Assembly (NCBI GenBank): GCA_965116965.1
Contig: OZ220743.1
Span: 303,262-367,261 of the forward strand
Direction: 5' to 3'
From: Acidimicrobiales bacterium
GTDB taxonomy: Bacteria; Actinomycetota; Acidimicrobiia; Acidimicrobiales; Aldehydirespiratoraceae
DNA length: 64,000 bases
Both the position numbers and the translations under genes were made by a program. This document shows, in pieces, positions 43,063 to 51,369 of this stretch. Each line of letters opens with the position of its first letter. Position 1 is the stretch's first letter. Under the pieces are notes generated by a model. It had not been told where the DNA came from, made no database searches, and worked only from the letters and a program-made list of their open reading frames with translations.

Positions 43063-44406
43063 ATGACACGAGTGGCTGTCATCGGCGCTGGGCCGTGCGG
43101 CCTGGCACAGCTGCACGCCTTCGCCAGCGATTCGGGGGCGGGCAGCCCGTCGGCGCCCGAAGTCGTCTGCTTCGAGAAGCAGAGCGACTGGGGCGGGCTC
43201 TGGAACTATGACTGGCGCACCGGGCTCGACGAGCACGGCGAGCCCTGCCACGCCAGCATGTACCGCTACCTGTGGTCGAACGGTCCCAAGGAGTGCCTGG
43301 AGTTCGCCGACTACGGCTTCGAGGAGCACTTCGGCAAGCCGATCGCGTCGTTCCCGCCCCGCGAGGTGCTGTACGACTACATCATCGGGCGGGCCGAGCG
43401 CAGCGGCTTCCGCGACCAGATCCGCTTCAACCACCCGGTGCGTCGCGTCAGCCGGTCCGCCGGCGGCGGCTTCACCGTCACCGCCCACGACCAGGCCGAC
43501 GACGCCGACGTCAGCGAGGACTTCGACCACGTGGTGGTGTCCACCGGCCATTTCTCCATCCCCAACATGCCCCACTACCCCGGCTACGAGACCTTCGGCG
43601 GCACGTTGGTGCACGCCCACGACTTCCGCGACGCCGTGCAGTTCAGCGACCGGAACGTGCTCGTGATCGGATCGAGCTATTCGGCCGAGGACATCGCCTC
43701 GCAGCTCTGGAAGTACGGAGCCCGCTCGGTGATCTGCACGTCGCGCAGCGGGCCCATGGGCTTCGACTGGCCCGACGGCATCACCGAGAGGCCCATCCTC
43801 ACCCATGTCGACGGCCGCACCGTTCACTTCGCCGACGGCTCGACCGCGGAGGTGGACGCCATCGTCTCCTGCACCGGGTACCTGCACTACTTCCCGTTCA
43901 TGGACGACGAGCTGCGCCTGGTGACCGCCAACCGCCTGGCCACCTCGATGCTCTACCGCGGCGTGGTGTTCCAGCCGGAGAACCGGATCCTCTACCTGGG
44001 CATGCAGGACCAGTGGTACACGTTCAACATGTTCGACGCCCAGGCCTGGTACGCCCGCGACGTGATCCTGGGCCGCATCTCCCTGCCCGGCGCGGACGAG
44101 CAGGCCCGCTGGATAGAGGCGGCCCAGGCCGAGGAGGACGCGCTGGCGGACGACTACGCGTGCATCGACTTCCAGGGCGCCTACACGCAGGACCTGGTGG
44201 ACCAGACCGACTACCCCGACTTCAACACGCCTCTGGTCAACCAGATGTTCTACGACTGGAAGAAGCACAAGAAGCAGTCGATAATCGGCTACCGGGACCA
44301 CGGCCACACCTCCCCGCTCACCGGCACGGTGGCGCCCATCCACCACACCGCCTGGGAGGACGCGCTGGACGACTCGCTGGAGTCCTACCTGACCGGCTCC
44401 GCCTGA
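43063..44406 (+). CDS. tmm: trimethylamine monooxygenase (bacterial flavin-containing monooxygenase)
   Basis: 447 aa. GAGPCG (FAD), FEKQSDWGGLWNY, FGGTLVHAHDF (FMO motif) and GSSYSAEDI (NADPH). Confidence 0.85.
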   Translation: MTRVAVIGAGPCGLAQLHAFASDSGAGSPSAPEVVCFEKQSDWGGLWNYDWRTGLDEHGEPCHASMYRYLWSNGPKECLEFADYGFEEHFGKPIASFPPREVLYDYIIGRAERSGFRDQIRFNHPVRRVSRSAGGGFTVTAHDQADDADVSEDFDHVVVSTGHFSIPNMPHYPGYETFGGTLVHAHDFRDAVQFSDRNVLVIGSSYSAEDIASQLWKYGARSVICTSRSGPMGFDWPDGITERPILTHVDGRTVHFADGSTAEVDAIVSCTGYLHYFPFMDDELRLVTANRLATSMLYRGVVFQPENRILYLGMQDQWYTFNMFDAQAWYARDVILGRISLPGADEQARWIEAAQAEEDALADDYACIDFQGAYTQDLVDQTDYPDFNTPLVNQMFYDWKKHKKQSIIGYRDHGHTSPLTGTVAPIHHTAWEDALDDSLESYLTGSA

Positions 44407-44441
44407 CGGGCCAGAGGCCGTGCGGGTGACGAGGCCCCTTG

Positions 44442-44527
44442 GGCCCGAGCGGCCCGTGAGCGAAGCAAACAAGAGCGGGAAGCACGGCCCGAGCGGCCCG
44501 TGAGCGAAGCAAACAAGAGCGGGAGTG
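44442..44527 (-). repeat. tandem 2 x 44 bp copies of the dispersed repeat core
   Basis: Unit ggcccgagcggcccgtgagcgaagcaaacaagagcggga at 44442 and 44486. Confidence 0.9.
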
Positions 44528-44578
44528 ACGGGGTCCGCGCCGAGCCTCCAGCGGAGAAGTTGGAACACCGCGGCGGGA

Positions 44579-46783
44579 GTGCTTGGATACAGGCGCGTGC
44601 GTGCCGGATTGCTTGATATCGCCCCCCCGCTCTACGACTTCATCGCGGTCGAGGCCCTGCCGGGGACCGGCGTCCGGATCGACGAGTTCTGGGGAGCCCT
44701 CGAATCCATCCTGACCGACCTCGGGCCACGCAACGCAGCCCTGATGGCCCGGCGCGACGAGCTCCAAGCCCAGATCGACGACTGGCATCGAGCGGCCCGG
44801 GCCGACGGGCGCGGCCATGACGGTGAGGCCTACGCCAACTTCCTGCGGGACATCGGGTACCTGCGCTACATGGACGGCACGGTCGCCATCACGACCGCCA
44901 ATGTCGACCCTGAGATCGCCGAAGTGGCCGGACCGCAGCTGGTGGTGCCCGTCGACAACGCCCGCTATGCGTTGAACGCGGCCAACGCCCGCTGGGGAAG
45001 CCTGTACGACGCGCTCTACGGGACCGACGTGATCAGCGACGCGGACGGCTGCAGCCGCGGCCGCGCCTACAACCCGGTCAGGGGTGATCGGGTGATTGCT
45101 GCGGGACGGGAGTTCCTCGACAATCACTTCACCCTGGACTCAGCCAGCCATGCCTGGGCGACCGGCTACTCGGTGCAGGACGGGACGCTGAGGATTCGCA
45201 GCGGCGACGGCACGGTGAGCACGCTGCTGCGACCCGAGCAGTTCGCCGGCTACCACGGTGGAGAGGACTCGCCTGCATCGGTCCTGCTGCGCAAGAACGG
45301 CCTGCACTGCGAGTTGCTCATCGACAGGGACCATCCCGTGGGGCGCCGGGACCACGCCGGCGTCTACGACGTCCGCCTCGAGGCCGCCGTCACCGCGATC
45401 ATGGACTTCGAGGATTCCGTGTCGGCCGTCGACGCGGACGACAAGGTGGCCGTCTACCGGAACTGGCTCGGGCTCATGCGGGGCACGCTGGAGACCACCT
45501 TCGTGCGCGACGGCGCGACCGTACACCGGGCACTGCGGCCAGACCGCGACTTCACTGGTCCCGACGGCTCGGTAGTCACGCTGCCGGGACGCTCATTGAT
45601 GCTGGTCCGCAACGTGGGACACCACCTCACCACCGACATGGTGAGCATCGACGGCGAACCGGCCTACGAGACCATCGTCGACGCCATGGTGACCGCGCTG
45701 TGCGCACTCCACGACGTGCGGGGGATGGGACGGGTGGAAGGCAGGCCCATTCGCAACTCGGCAACCGGCTCGGTCTACATCGTCAAGCCCAAGATGCATG
45801 GGCCGGACGAAGTCGGCCTGGCCTGCGAACTGTTCAGCCGGATCGAGGCTGCGCTGGGTCTGGTGCCGCGCACCCTCAAGATGGGGATCATGGACGAGGA
45901 GCGGCGCACGTCGCTGGGTCTGAAGGAGTGCATCTCGAGGGCCCGTGACCGGGTGGTGTTCATCAACACCGGCTTCCTTGATCGTACGGGCGACGAGATT
46001 CACACCAACATGGAGGCGGGACCGGTGATCCCGAAGAGCGAGATGAGGGCGGCAGCCTGGCTCGGCGCCTACGAGAACTCGAACGTCGACACCGGCCTGG
46101 CCTGCGGGCTGCGGGGACGAGCCCAGATCGGCAAGGGCATGTGGACGATGCCCGGCGAGATGGCGGCGATGGTCAAGGCCAAGATCCAGCATCCGATCGC
46201 GGGCGCCGGCACGGCCTGGGTGCCCTCCCCCACCGCGGCGACCCTGCACGCCATGCACTACTTCCTGGTCGACGTGGCCGACCGCCAGAGCGACCTGGCC
46301 GACCGCACGCCGGCCCGCCTGGCCAGCCTGATCGACATCCCCGTGCTGCCGGTGGGCCGGGAACTCAGCTCCAACGAGATACAGCGCGAGCTGGACAACA
46401 ACGTCCAGGGCGTCCTCGGGTACCTGGTTCGCTGGGTGGGCCAGGGAGTGGGCTGCTCGACCGTGCCCGACATCGCCGACGTCGGGCTGATGGAGGACCT
46501 CGCCACGCTGCGAATCTCCAGCCAACACATCGCCAACTGGATGCATCACGGGTTCGTGTCCCCGGACCAGGTACGCGAGACGATGCGTCGCATGGCCAAT
46601 CTGGTCGACCAGCAGAACAGCGGCGACCCCGACTACGAGCCCATGGCCCCCGACTACGACGCCAGCATCCCGTTCACGGCGGCCGTCGAACTCGTGTTCG
46701 CGGCCCGGGACGAGCCCAGCGGCTACACGGAGAGAGTGCTTCGCTCATACCGCCGGCAGGTCAAGGCCCGCGCGGCGCGATAG
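44579..46783 (+). CDS. glcB: malate synthase G
   Basis: LYDFIAVEALPGTGV..FW, NARYALNAANARWGSLYDALYGTD and MGIMDEERRTS motifs. The listed start at 44525 lies inside repeat DNA; the GTG at 44579 is proposed instead. Confidence 0.88.
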   Translation: MLGYRRVRAGLLDIAPPLYDFIAVEALPGTGVRIDEFWGALESILTDLGPRNAALMARRDELQAQIDDWHRAARADGRGHDGEAYANFLRDIGYLRYMDGTVAITTANVDPEIAEVAGPQLVVPVDNARYALNAANARWGSLYDALYGTDVISDADGCSRGRAYNPVRGDRVIAAGREFLDNHFTLDSASHAWATGYSVQDGTLRIRSGDGTVSTLLRPEQFAGYHGGEDSPASVLLRKNGLHCELLIDRDHPVGRRDHAGVYDVRLEAAVTAIMDFEDSVSAVDADDKVAVYRNWLGLMRGTLETTFVRDGATVHRALRPDRDFTGPDGSVVTLPGRSLMLVRNVGHHLTTDMVSIDGEPAYETIVDAMVTALCALHDVRGMGRVEGRPIRNSATGSVYIVKPKMHGPDEVGLACELFSRIEAALGLVPRTLKMGIMDEERRTSLGLKECISRARDRVVFINTGFLDRTGDEIHTNMEAGPVIPKSEMRAAAWLGAYENSNVDTGLACGLRGRAQIGKGMWTMPGEMAAMVKAKIQHPIAGAGTAWVPSPTAATLHAMHYFLVDVADRQSDLADRTPARLASLIDIPVLPVGRELSSNEIQRELDNNVQGVLGYLVRWVGQGVGCSTVPDIADVGLMEDLATLRISSQHIANWMHHGFVSPDQVRETMRRMANLVDQQNSGDPDYEPMAPDYDASIPFTAAVELVFAARDEPSGYTERVLRSYRRQVKARAAR

Positions 46784-46832
46784 CCGGCCGGTTCCCTGTT
46801 GAACCCAACCACAACTTGTACGATCCGCGTCC

Positions 46833-48044
46833 ATGCGCACCATTCCGGCCGAGGCCGACGTCATCGTGATCGGTGCCGGGGTGTCGGGAGCCAGCATCGG
46901 CTATCAGCTCGCCCGGCATTCGAACCGCCGGGTGGCGGTGGTGGACGCTCGACCGCCTGTGGGCGGCATCTCGGGGCGCACCTTCGGCCAGATACGCCAG
47001 CACTACTCCAACGAGCTGATGGTGCGCATGGCACTGCGGGGCTTCCACTGCATCCGCAACTGGGGCTCAGAGGTGGGGTACGGCGATCCGGGCTACCTGC
47101 GCCTCGGCTACATGCTCATCGTCACCACCAATCAGATCGAGGGCTTGCGGCACAACGTCGAGCTGGGCCGCCGCCTCGGTGTGGACACCCGCTTCGTGGG
47201 CCCCGACGAGATCGCGGCGATAGAGCCTCTGGTGAACGCGGCGAACCTCGCGGGCGGCGCCTACGAGCCCGACGGCGGTTACATCGACGTCACCAAGATG
47301 GTGTTGAGCTGGCTGGGGGCGGCCCAGGCCCACGATGCCGACGTTCTCGCCCCGCTGGCGGTGGAGGAGATAGCAGTGGCCGGCGGAGCGGTCACCGGCG
47401 TGGCCACCGCCCGGGGGGAGATCTCAGCTCCAGTCGTCGTGGTGGCTACCGGTGCGTGGGCCCGGGATCTGCTGGATCCGCTGGGTGTGGATGTGCCGGT
47501 CGAACGGCGGCGGCTCGACCTGGCCATGCTGGAGGTGGAGCCCGGATCCCGCTCCCTGCACACCTTCATCACCGACGGGAACTCCAACCTGGTGATCCGT
47601 CCCGACATGGGCCGCCGCGTCCTGGCGGTGGCCTACCCGCCCCAGATGCCCGAAGTGGACGATCCTCTCGAAGACGCGGGGGACGACGGCCACGCCGAGC
47701 ACTCCGTGCGGATCCGCCGGGCTGTGGCCGAGCGTCTCCCCGCTATGGCAATCGCCAGGACGGTGTCGGCGACCAGCGGGGCCTACGACGTCACTCCGGA
47801 CTACCATCCCATCCTCGGATGGGCTTCCGAGATCGCCGATGTGGCCGGTTTGTACCTCGCGGTGGGGTTCTCCGGCCACGGGCTCAAGCTCTCGCCATCG
47901 GTCGGTGAGATCGTCGCCTCCCATGTGCTCGGGGTCGAGCAACTCGGCAGTGCCCCGCCGCTCGACGCCGGCGCGCTGAGACCCGGCCGGTTCGCCGACG
48001 GCGATCTCATGCACCTGACCTACGGCCCCAGCGCACGTGCGTGA
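46833..48044 (+). CDS. FAD-dependent oxidoreductase (DAO / sarcosine-oxidase-beta-like)
   Basis: DVIVIGAGVSGASIGYQLA dinucleotide motif and a C-terminal GFSGHGLKLSP. Confidence 0.82.
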   Translation: MRTIPAEADVIVIGAGVSGASIGYQLARHSNRRVAVVDARPPVGGISGRTFGQIRQHYSNELMVRMALRGFHCIRNWGSEVGYGDPGYLRLGYMLIVTTNQIEGLRHNVELGRRLGVDTRFVGPDEIAAIEPLVNAANLAGGAYEPDGGYIDVTKMVLSWLGAAQAHDADVLAPLAVEEIAVAGGAVTGVATARGEISAPVVVVATGAWARDLLDPLGVDVPVERRRLDLAMLEVEPGSRSLHTFITDGNSNLVIRPDMGRRVLAVAYPPQMPEVDDPLEDAGDDGHAEHSVRIRRAVAERLPAMAIARTVSATSGAYDVTPDYHPILGWASEIADVAGLYLAVGFSGHGLKLSPSVGEIVASHVLGVEQLGSAPPLDAGALRPGRFADGDLMHLTYGPSARA

Positions 48045-48110
48045 GCCACGCCACAGCCTGCGGGGTAGTATCCACCCGACCATCACAGGTATTGACTGAG
48101 GAGCGATCCG

Positions 48111-48449
48111 ATGGAGATCAGCGCTGAGAGAGAGGGCGGAGCCGTTATTGCCAGGGCCAACGGCCGCATCGACAGTTCCAACTCTCGGGAGTTTCATTCG
48201 GGCTTGGAGGCGGTTGTCAACAACGACGACTCTGCAGTTGTGTTGAACTTCGAAGACGTCTCCTACATCAGCAGCGCCGGGATGAGAGTGATCCTTCTGA
48301 CAGCCAAGGGCCTCCAGAGCAGCGGTGCGAAGCTTGTTCTTTGCTCAATGAGCGAACCCATTCGTGAAGTGTTCAAGATAAGCGGTTTCGACAAGATCAT
48401 TCCGATCCATGGCTCCCAGTCCGAGGCGCTCACAGCAGTCAGCGGATAA
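48111..48449 (+). CDS. STAS-domain anti-sigma-factor antagonist (RsbV/SpoIIAA-like)
   Basis: 112 aa with the DVSYISSAGMRVIL phosphorylatable-Ser region. GAGGAG RBS. Confidence 0.85.
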   Translation: MEISAEREGGAVIARANGRIDSSNSREFHSGLEAVVNNDDSAVVLNFEDVSYISSAGMRVILLTAKGLQSSGAKLVLCSMSEPIREVFKISGFDKIIPIHGSQSEALTAVSG

Positions 48450-48482
48450 GTGGCCATCTCCAATCGCTAGAGAGGACTCAAG

Positions 48483-49655
48483 GTGACAATGACTGAGTCG
48501 TCGCACAAGCACAAAATCCTCGTGGTGGACGACGAGCCCGACCTCGAACCCCTCATGCTGCAGCGCATGCGGCGCTACATCAGGACCGGTGTCTACGAGT
48601 TCGTATTCGCCCACGACGGGGTTGAGGCACTTGAGGCGCTGGACGCGGATGAGAGCATCGACATGGTGCTGTCGGACATCAATATGCCCAAGATGGATGG
48701 CCTCACACTTCTTGAGAGAATTCCCGATGTAGCACCAGACATACGGGCCGTCATTATCTCCGCTTACGGCGACATGAAGAACATCCGGATCGCTATGAAT
48801 CGGGGGGCCTTCGATTTCGTAACGAAGCCGGTCGACTTCGATGATTTGAAGTTCACAATTGATCGAACTCTGCAACACATACGTGAATGGAAGGAGGCGC
48901 TGAGCGCCAGAGACAAACTCGTAGTGCTTCAGAACGAACTCAACGTTGCGAGCATGATGCAGCAGTCCATTCTGCCCAATAAGTTCGCCCGCAACGACAA
49001 CTACAAGCTGTTCGGCACCATGCAACCGGCCCGGAACGTGGGGGGCGACTTCTTCGATGTGATCGGTCTCTCCGACGACAAGGTGGGCTTGGCCATTGCG
49101 GACGTGTCCGGCAAGGGCGTGCCGGCCGCCTTGTTCATGATGTCGAGCCGCACGCTGCTGAAGGGCGCGGCTATGAGGGCCAACGGCCCCGGCGAGGCCC
49201 TCTCGGAAGTGAACGACGTGCTCAACGAGGACAATGACGCCTGCATGTTCGTCACCATGATCTATGCCGTGTACGACCCCGCGACCGGTGTGCTGACCTA
49301 CGCGGACGGGGGCCACGATCCGCCTCTGGTGGTGCACGCCGACGGCAGCAGCACCCAACTGCCGGTGACCGACGGCCTAGCCCTCGGCGTGCTGCCGGGA
49401 TTCGACTTTCTCCAACACTCCTACGAGCTGTCACCGGACGACACCGTCGTGCTCTACACCGACGGCGTCACTGAGGCCATCAACGCTGATGAGGAGCAGT
49501 TGGGCTTGTCCCGGTTGCGTGAGGCCTTCGCGGCCAATCCTCCCGGCGATGCAGAGGACGCCGGCCACCGGGTCATCGACCTGGTCAATGAGTTCGCCGG
49601 TGATGTGCCGCAGTTCGACGACACGACGTGCCTCGTGCTGCGCCGGGAGAACTGA
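48483..49655 (+). CDS. response-regulator receiver fused to a PP2C (SpoIIE/RsbU-type) phosphatase
   Basis: KILVVDDEPD..DMVLSDINMPKMDG (REC domain), then GGDFFDV ... DGGH ... TDGVTEA ... DDTT (PP2C domain). Confidence 0.9.
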   Translation: MTMTESSHKHKILVVDDEPDLEPLMLQRMRRYIRTGVYEFVFAHDGVEALEALDADESIDMVLSDINMPKMDGLTLLERIPDVAPDIRAVIISAYGDMKNIRIAMNRGAFDFVTKPVDFDDLKFTIDRTLQHIREWKEALSARDKLVVLQNELNVASMMQQSILPNKFARNDNYKLFGTMQPARNVGGDFFDVIGLSDDKVGLAIADVSGKGVPAALFMMSSRTLLKGAAMRANGPGEALSEVNDVLNEDNDACMFVTMIYAVYDPATGVLTYADGGHDPPLVVHADGSSTQLPVTDGLALGVLPGFDFLQHSYELSPDDTVVLYTDGVTEAINADEEQLGLSRLREAFAANPPGDAEDAGHRVIDLVNEFAGDVPQFDDTTCLVLRREN

Positions 49656-49663
49656 CCGTCGCC

Positions 49664-50095
49664 ATGCTGTTCTTGACCACCAACGCCAACGGCGAACAGG
49701 TCCGGGCCGGCTACGAGGAGTTGCCGGAGCTGGTCGCGGCCGTCGAGGCCCTGGGAGAACGGGACGGCTGGTCGGGCGAACTGACCTTCCGGGTCAGCCT
49801 GGTGATCGACGAGCTGGCCCAGAACGTCGTGGACTACTCCCACGAGGGCGGGCCCGGAGACGTCGAGGTAGAGGTAACCTCGCTACAAGAGGACATCGTC
49901 ATCGAGATCGTCGACGAGGGAATCCCGTTCGATCCCCTGACCGAGGCGCCCCCGCCTGACCTGACGTCCGCGATCGAGGACCGGCCGATCGGCGGTCTGG
50001 GCGTGCACTTCACCAAGACCCTGATGGACGACGTGGAGTACTGCCGGGGATCGGGAAAGAACCGCCTGAAGATCGTCACCCGCAAAGTGAGATGA
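49664..50095 (+). CDS. anti-sigma regulatory Ser/Thr kinase (RsbW/SpoIIAB-like HATPase)
   Basis: 143 aa from the ATG at 49664. ELAQNVVDYS .. IVDEGIPFDP .. IGGLGVHFTKTLMD. Confidence 0.78.
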   Translation: MLFLTTNANGEQVRAGYEELPELVAAVEALGERDGWSGELTFRVSLVIDELAQNVVDYSHEGGPGDVEVEVTSLQEDIVIEIVDEGIPFDPLTEAPPPDLTSAIEDRPIGGLGVHFTKTLMDDVEYCRGSGKNRLKIVTRKVR

Positions 50096-51369
50096 CCCAG
50101 CACCCGAGGCCGCGTCACCGATGGACTGCCGGTCTCTGGTGGGCGGTGGCGGTTGCGATCCTGGCGGCGGCGTGCGCTGCCGATGACGAGGCCGTCGAAG
50201 CGCCCGAACCGGGCGGCTCGGAGTCGCCTGAGCAGGTCGCCGAGTCGGAGACGCCCTCCCTGGGCATATCGGACGAACAGATCCTGTTCGGGCAGTCCGC
50301 CGCGCTCAGCGGACCGGCCAAGGAGCTGGGCAGGAACATGAGACTGGGGATCCTGGCCGCGTTCGACGAGGTGAACGCGGCCGGAGGGATCCACGGGCGC
50401 GTCCTGGAACTGCACTCCCTCGACGACGCCTACGAGCCCGAGGACGCGATAGTGATGACGCGCAACCTCATCGAGCAGGAGCAGGTCTTCGCGTTGATCG
50501 GCGCGGTGGGCACCCCGACCTCGCGCTCCGCCACGCCGATCGCCCGCGACGCCGGGATCCCCTACATCGCACCCTTCACCGGCGCCGCCTTCCTCCGCGA
50601 CGACGAGTGGGACAACATCATCAACCTGCGGGCCTCCTACAACCAGGAGACCGAGGAGATGGTGGCCCGCCTCACTGAGGACCTCGGGATCACCCGGATC
50701 AGCGTCATGTACCAGAACGACTCCTTCGGGCGGGCCGGGTTCCGGGGCACGGTCGCGGCTCTCGAGCGACGCGACATGGAACTCACCTCGATCGGGATCT
50801 ACCCCCGCAACACGACCGCGGTGAAGACGGCCCTGCTCGACCTGCGGCAAGGCGACCCCGAAGCGGTGATCATGATCGGCGCCTACGAGCCGGTCGCGAG
50901 GCTCATCCTGTGGGCCCGCCGCACGGGCATGGACGCGGTCTTCATGACGGTCTCCTTCGTGGGCAGCAACGCCCTGGCCCAGGAGCTCGGGCCCGACGGG
51001 GCCGGGGTGCTGGTTACCCAGGTCGTCCCGTTCCCGGAGGACGACTCCCTCCCCGTCGTCCACTCCTACCTGGACGCCCTGGCCGGCCACGACCCGGAGG
51101 CGGAGCCCGGGTTCGTGTCGCTCGAGGGCTACCTGGCGGGACGCATGGTGATCAAGGCTCTGGAGCACTGCGGATCGGACGTGGAACGATCCTGCCTGCT
51201 ACAGCAGTTGATCGATCGGGGCGATCTCGACATCGACGGCTTCCCGCTGCAGTTCGGCCAGGGCGACAACCAGGGATCGGACCAGGTCTTCTTGACGGTG
51301 ATCGGCTCCGACGGCGAGTACCACCCCGTCGAGACTCTGCATGAGACCAGTCGCTGGGTCGCGCAATGA
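50092..51369 (+). CDS. periplasmic/lipoprotein substrate-binding protein (LivJ-like, type I PBP)
   Basis: ATGA overlap with the upstream gene. Lipobox LAAAC, then FGQSAALSGPAKELG..VNAAGGIHGR..ALIGAVGTP. Confidence 0.82.
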   Translation: MTQHPRPRHRWTAGLWWAVAVAILAAACAADDEAVEAPEPGGSESPEQVAESETPSLGISDEQILFGQSAALSGPAKELGRNMRLGILAAFDEVNAAGGIHGRVLELHSLDDAYEPEDAIVMTRNLIEQEQVFALIGAVGTPTSRSATPIARDAGIPYIAPFTGAAFLRDDEWDNIINLRASYNQETEEMVARLTEDLGITRISVMYQNDSFGRAGFRGTVAALERRDMELTSIGIYPRNTTAVKTALLDLRQGDPEAVIMIGAYEPVARLILWARRTGMDAVFMTVSFVGSNALAQELGPDGAGVLVTQVVPFPEDDSLPVVHSYLDALAGHDPEAEPGFVSLEGYLAGRMVIKALEHCGSDVERSCLLQQLIDRGDLDIDGFPLQFGQGDNQGSDQVFLTVIGSDGEYHPVETLHETSRWVAQ

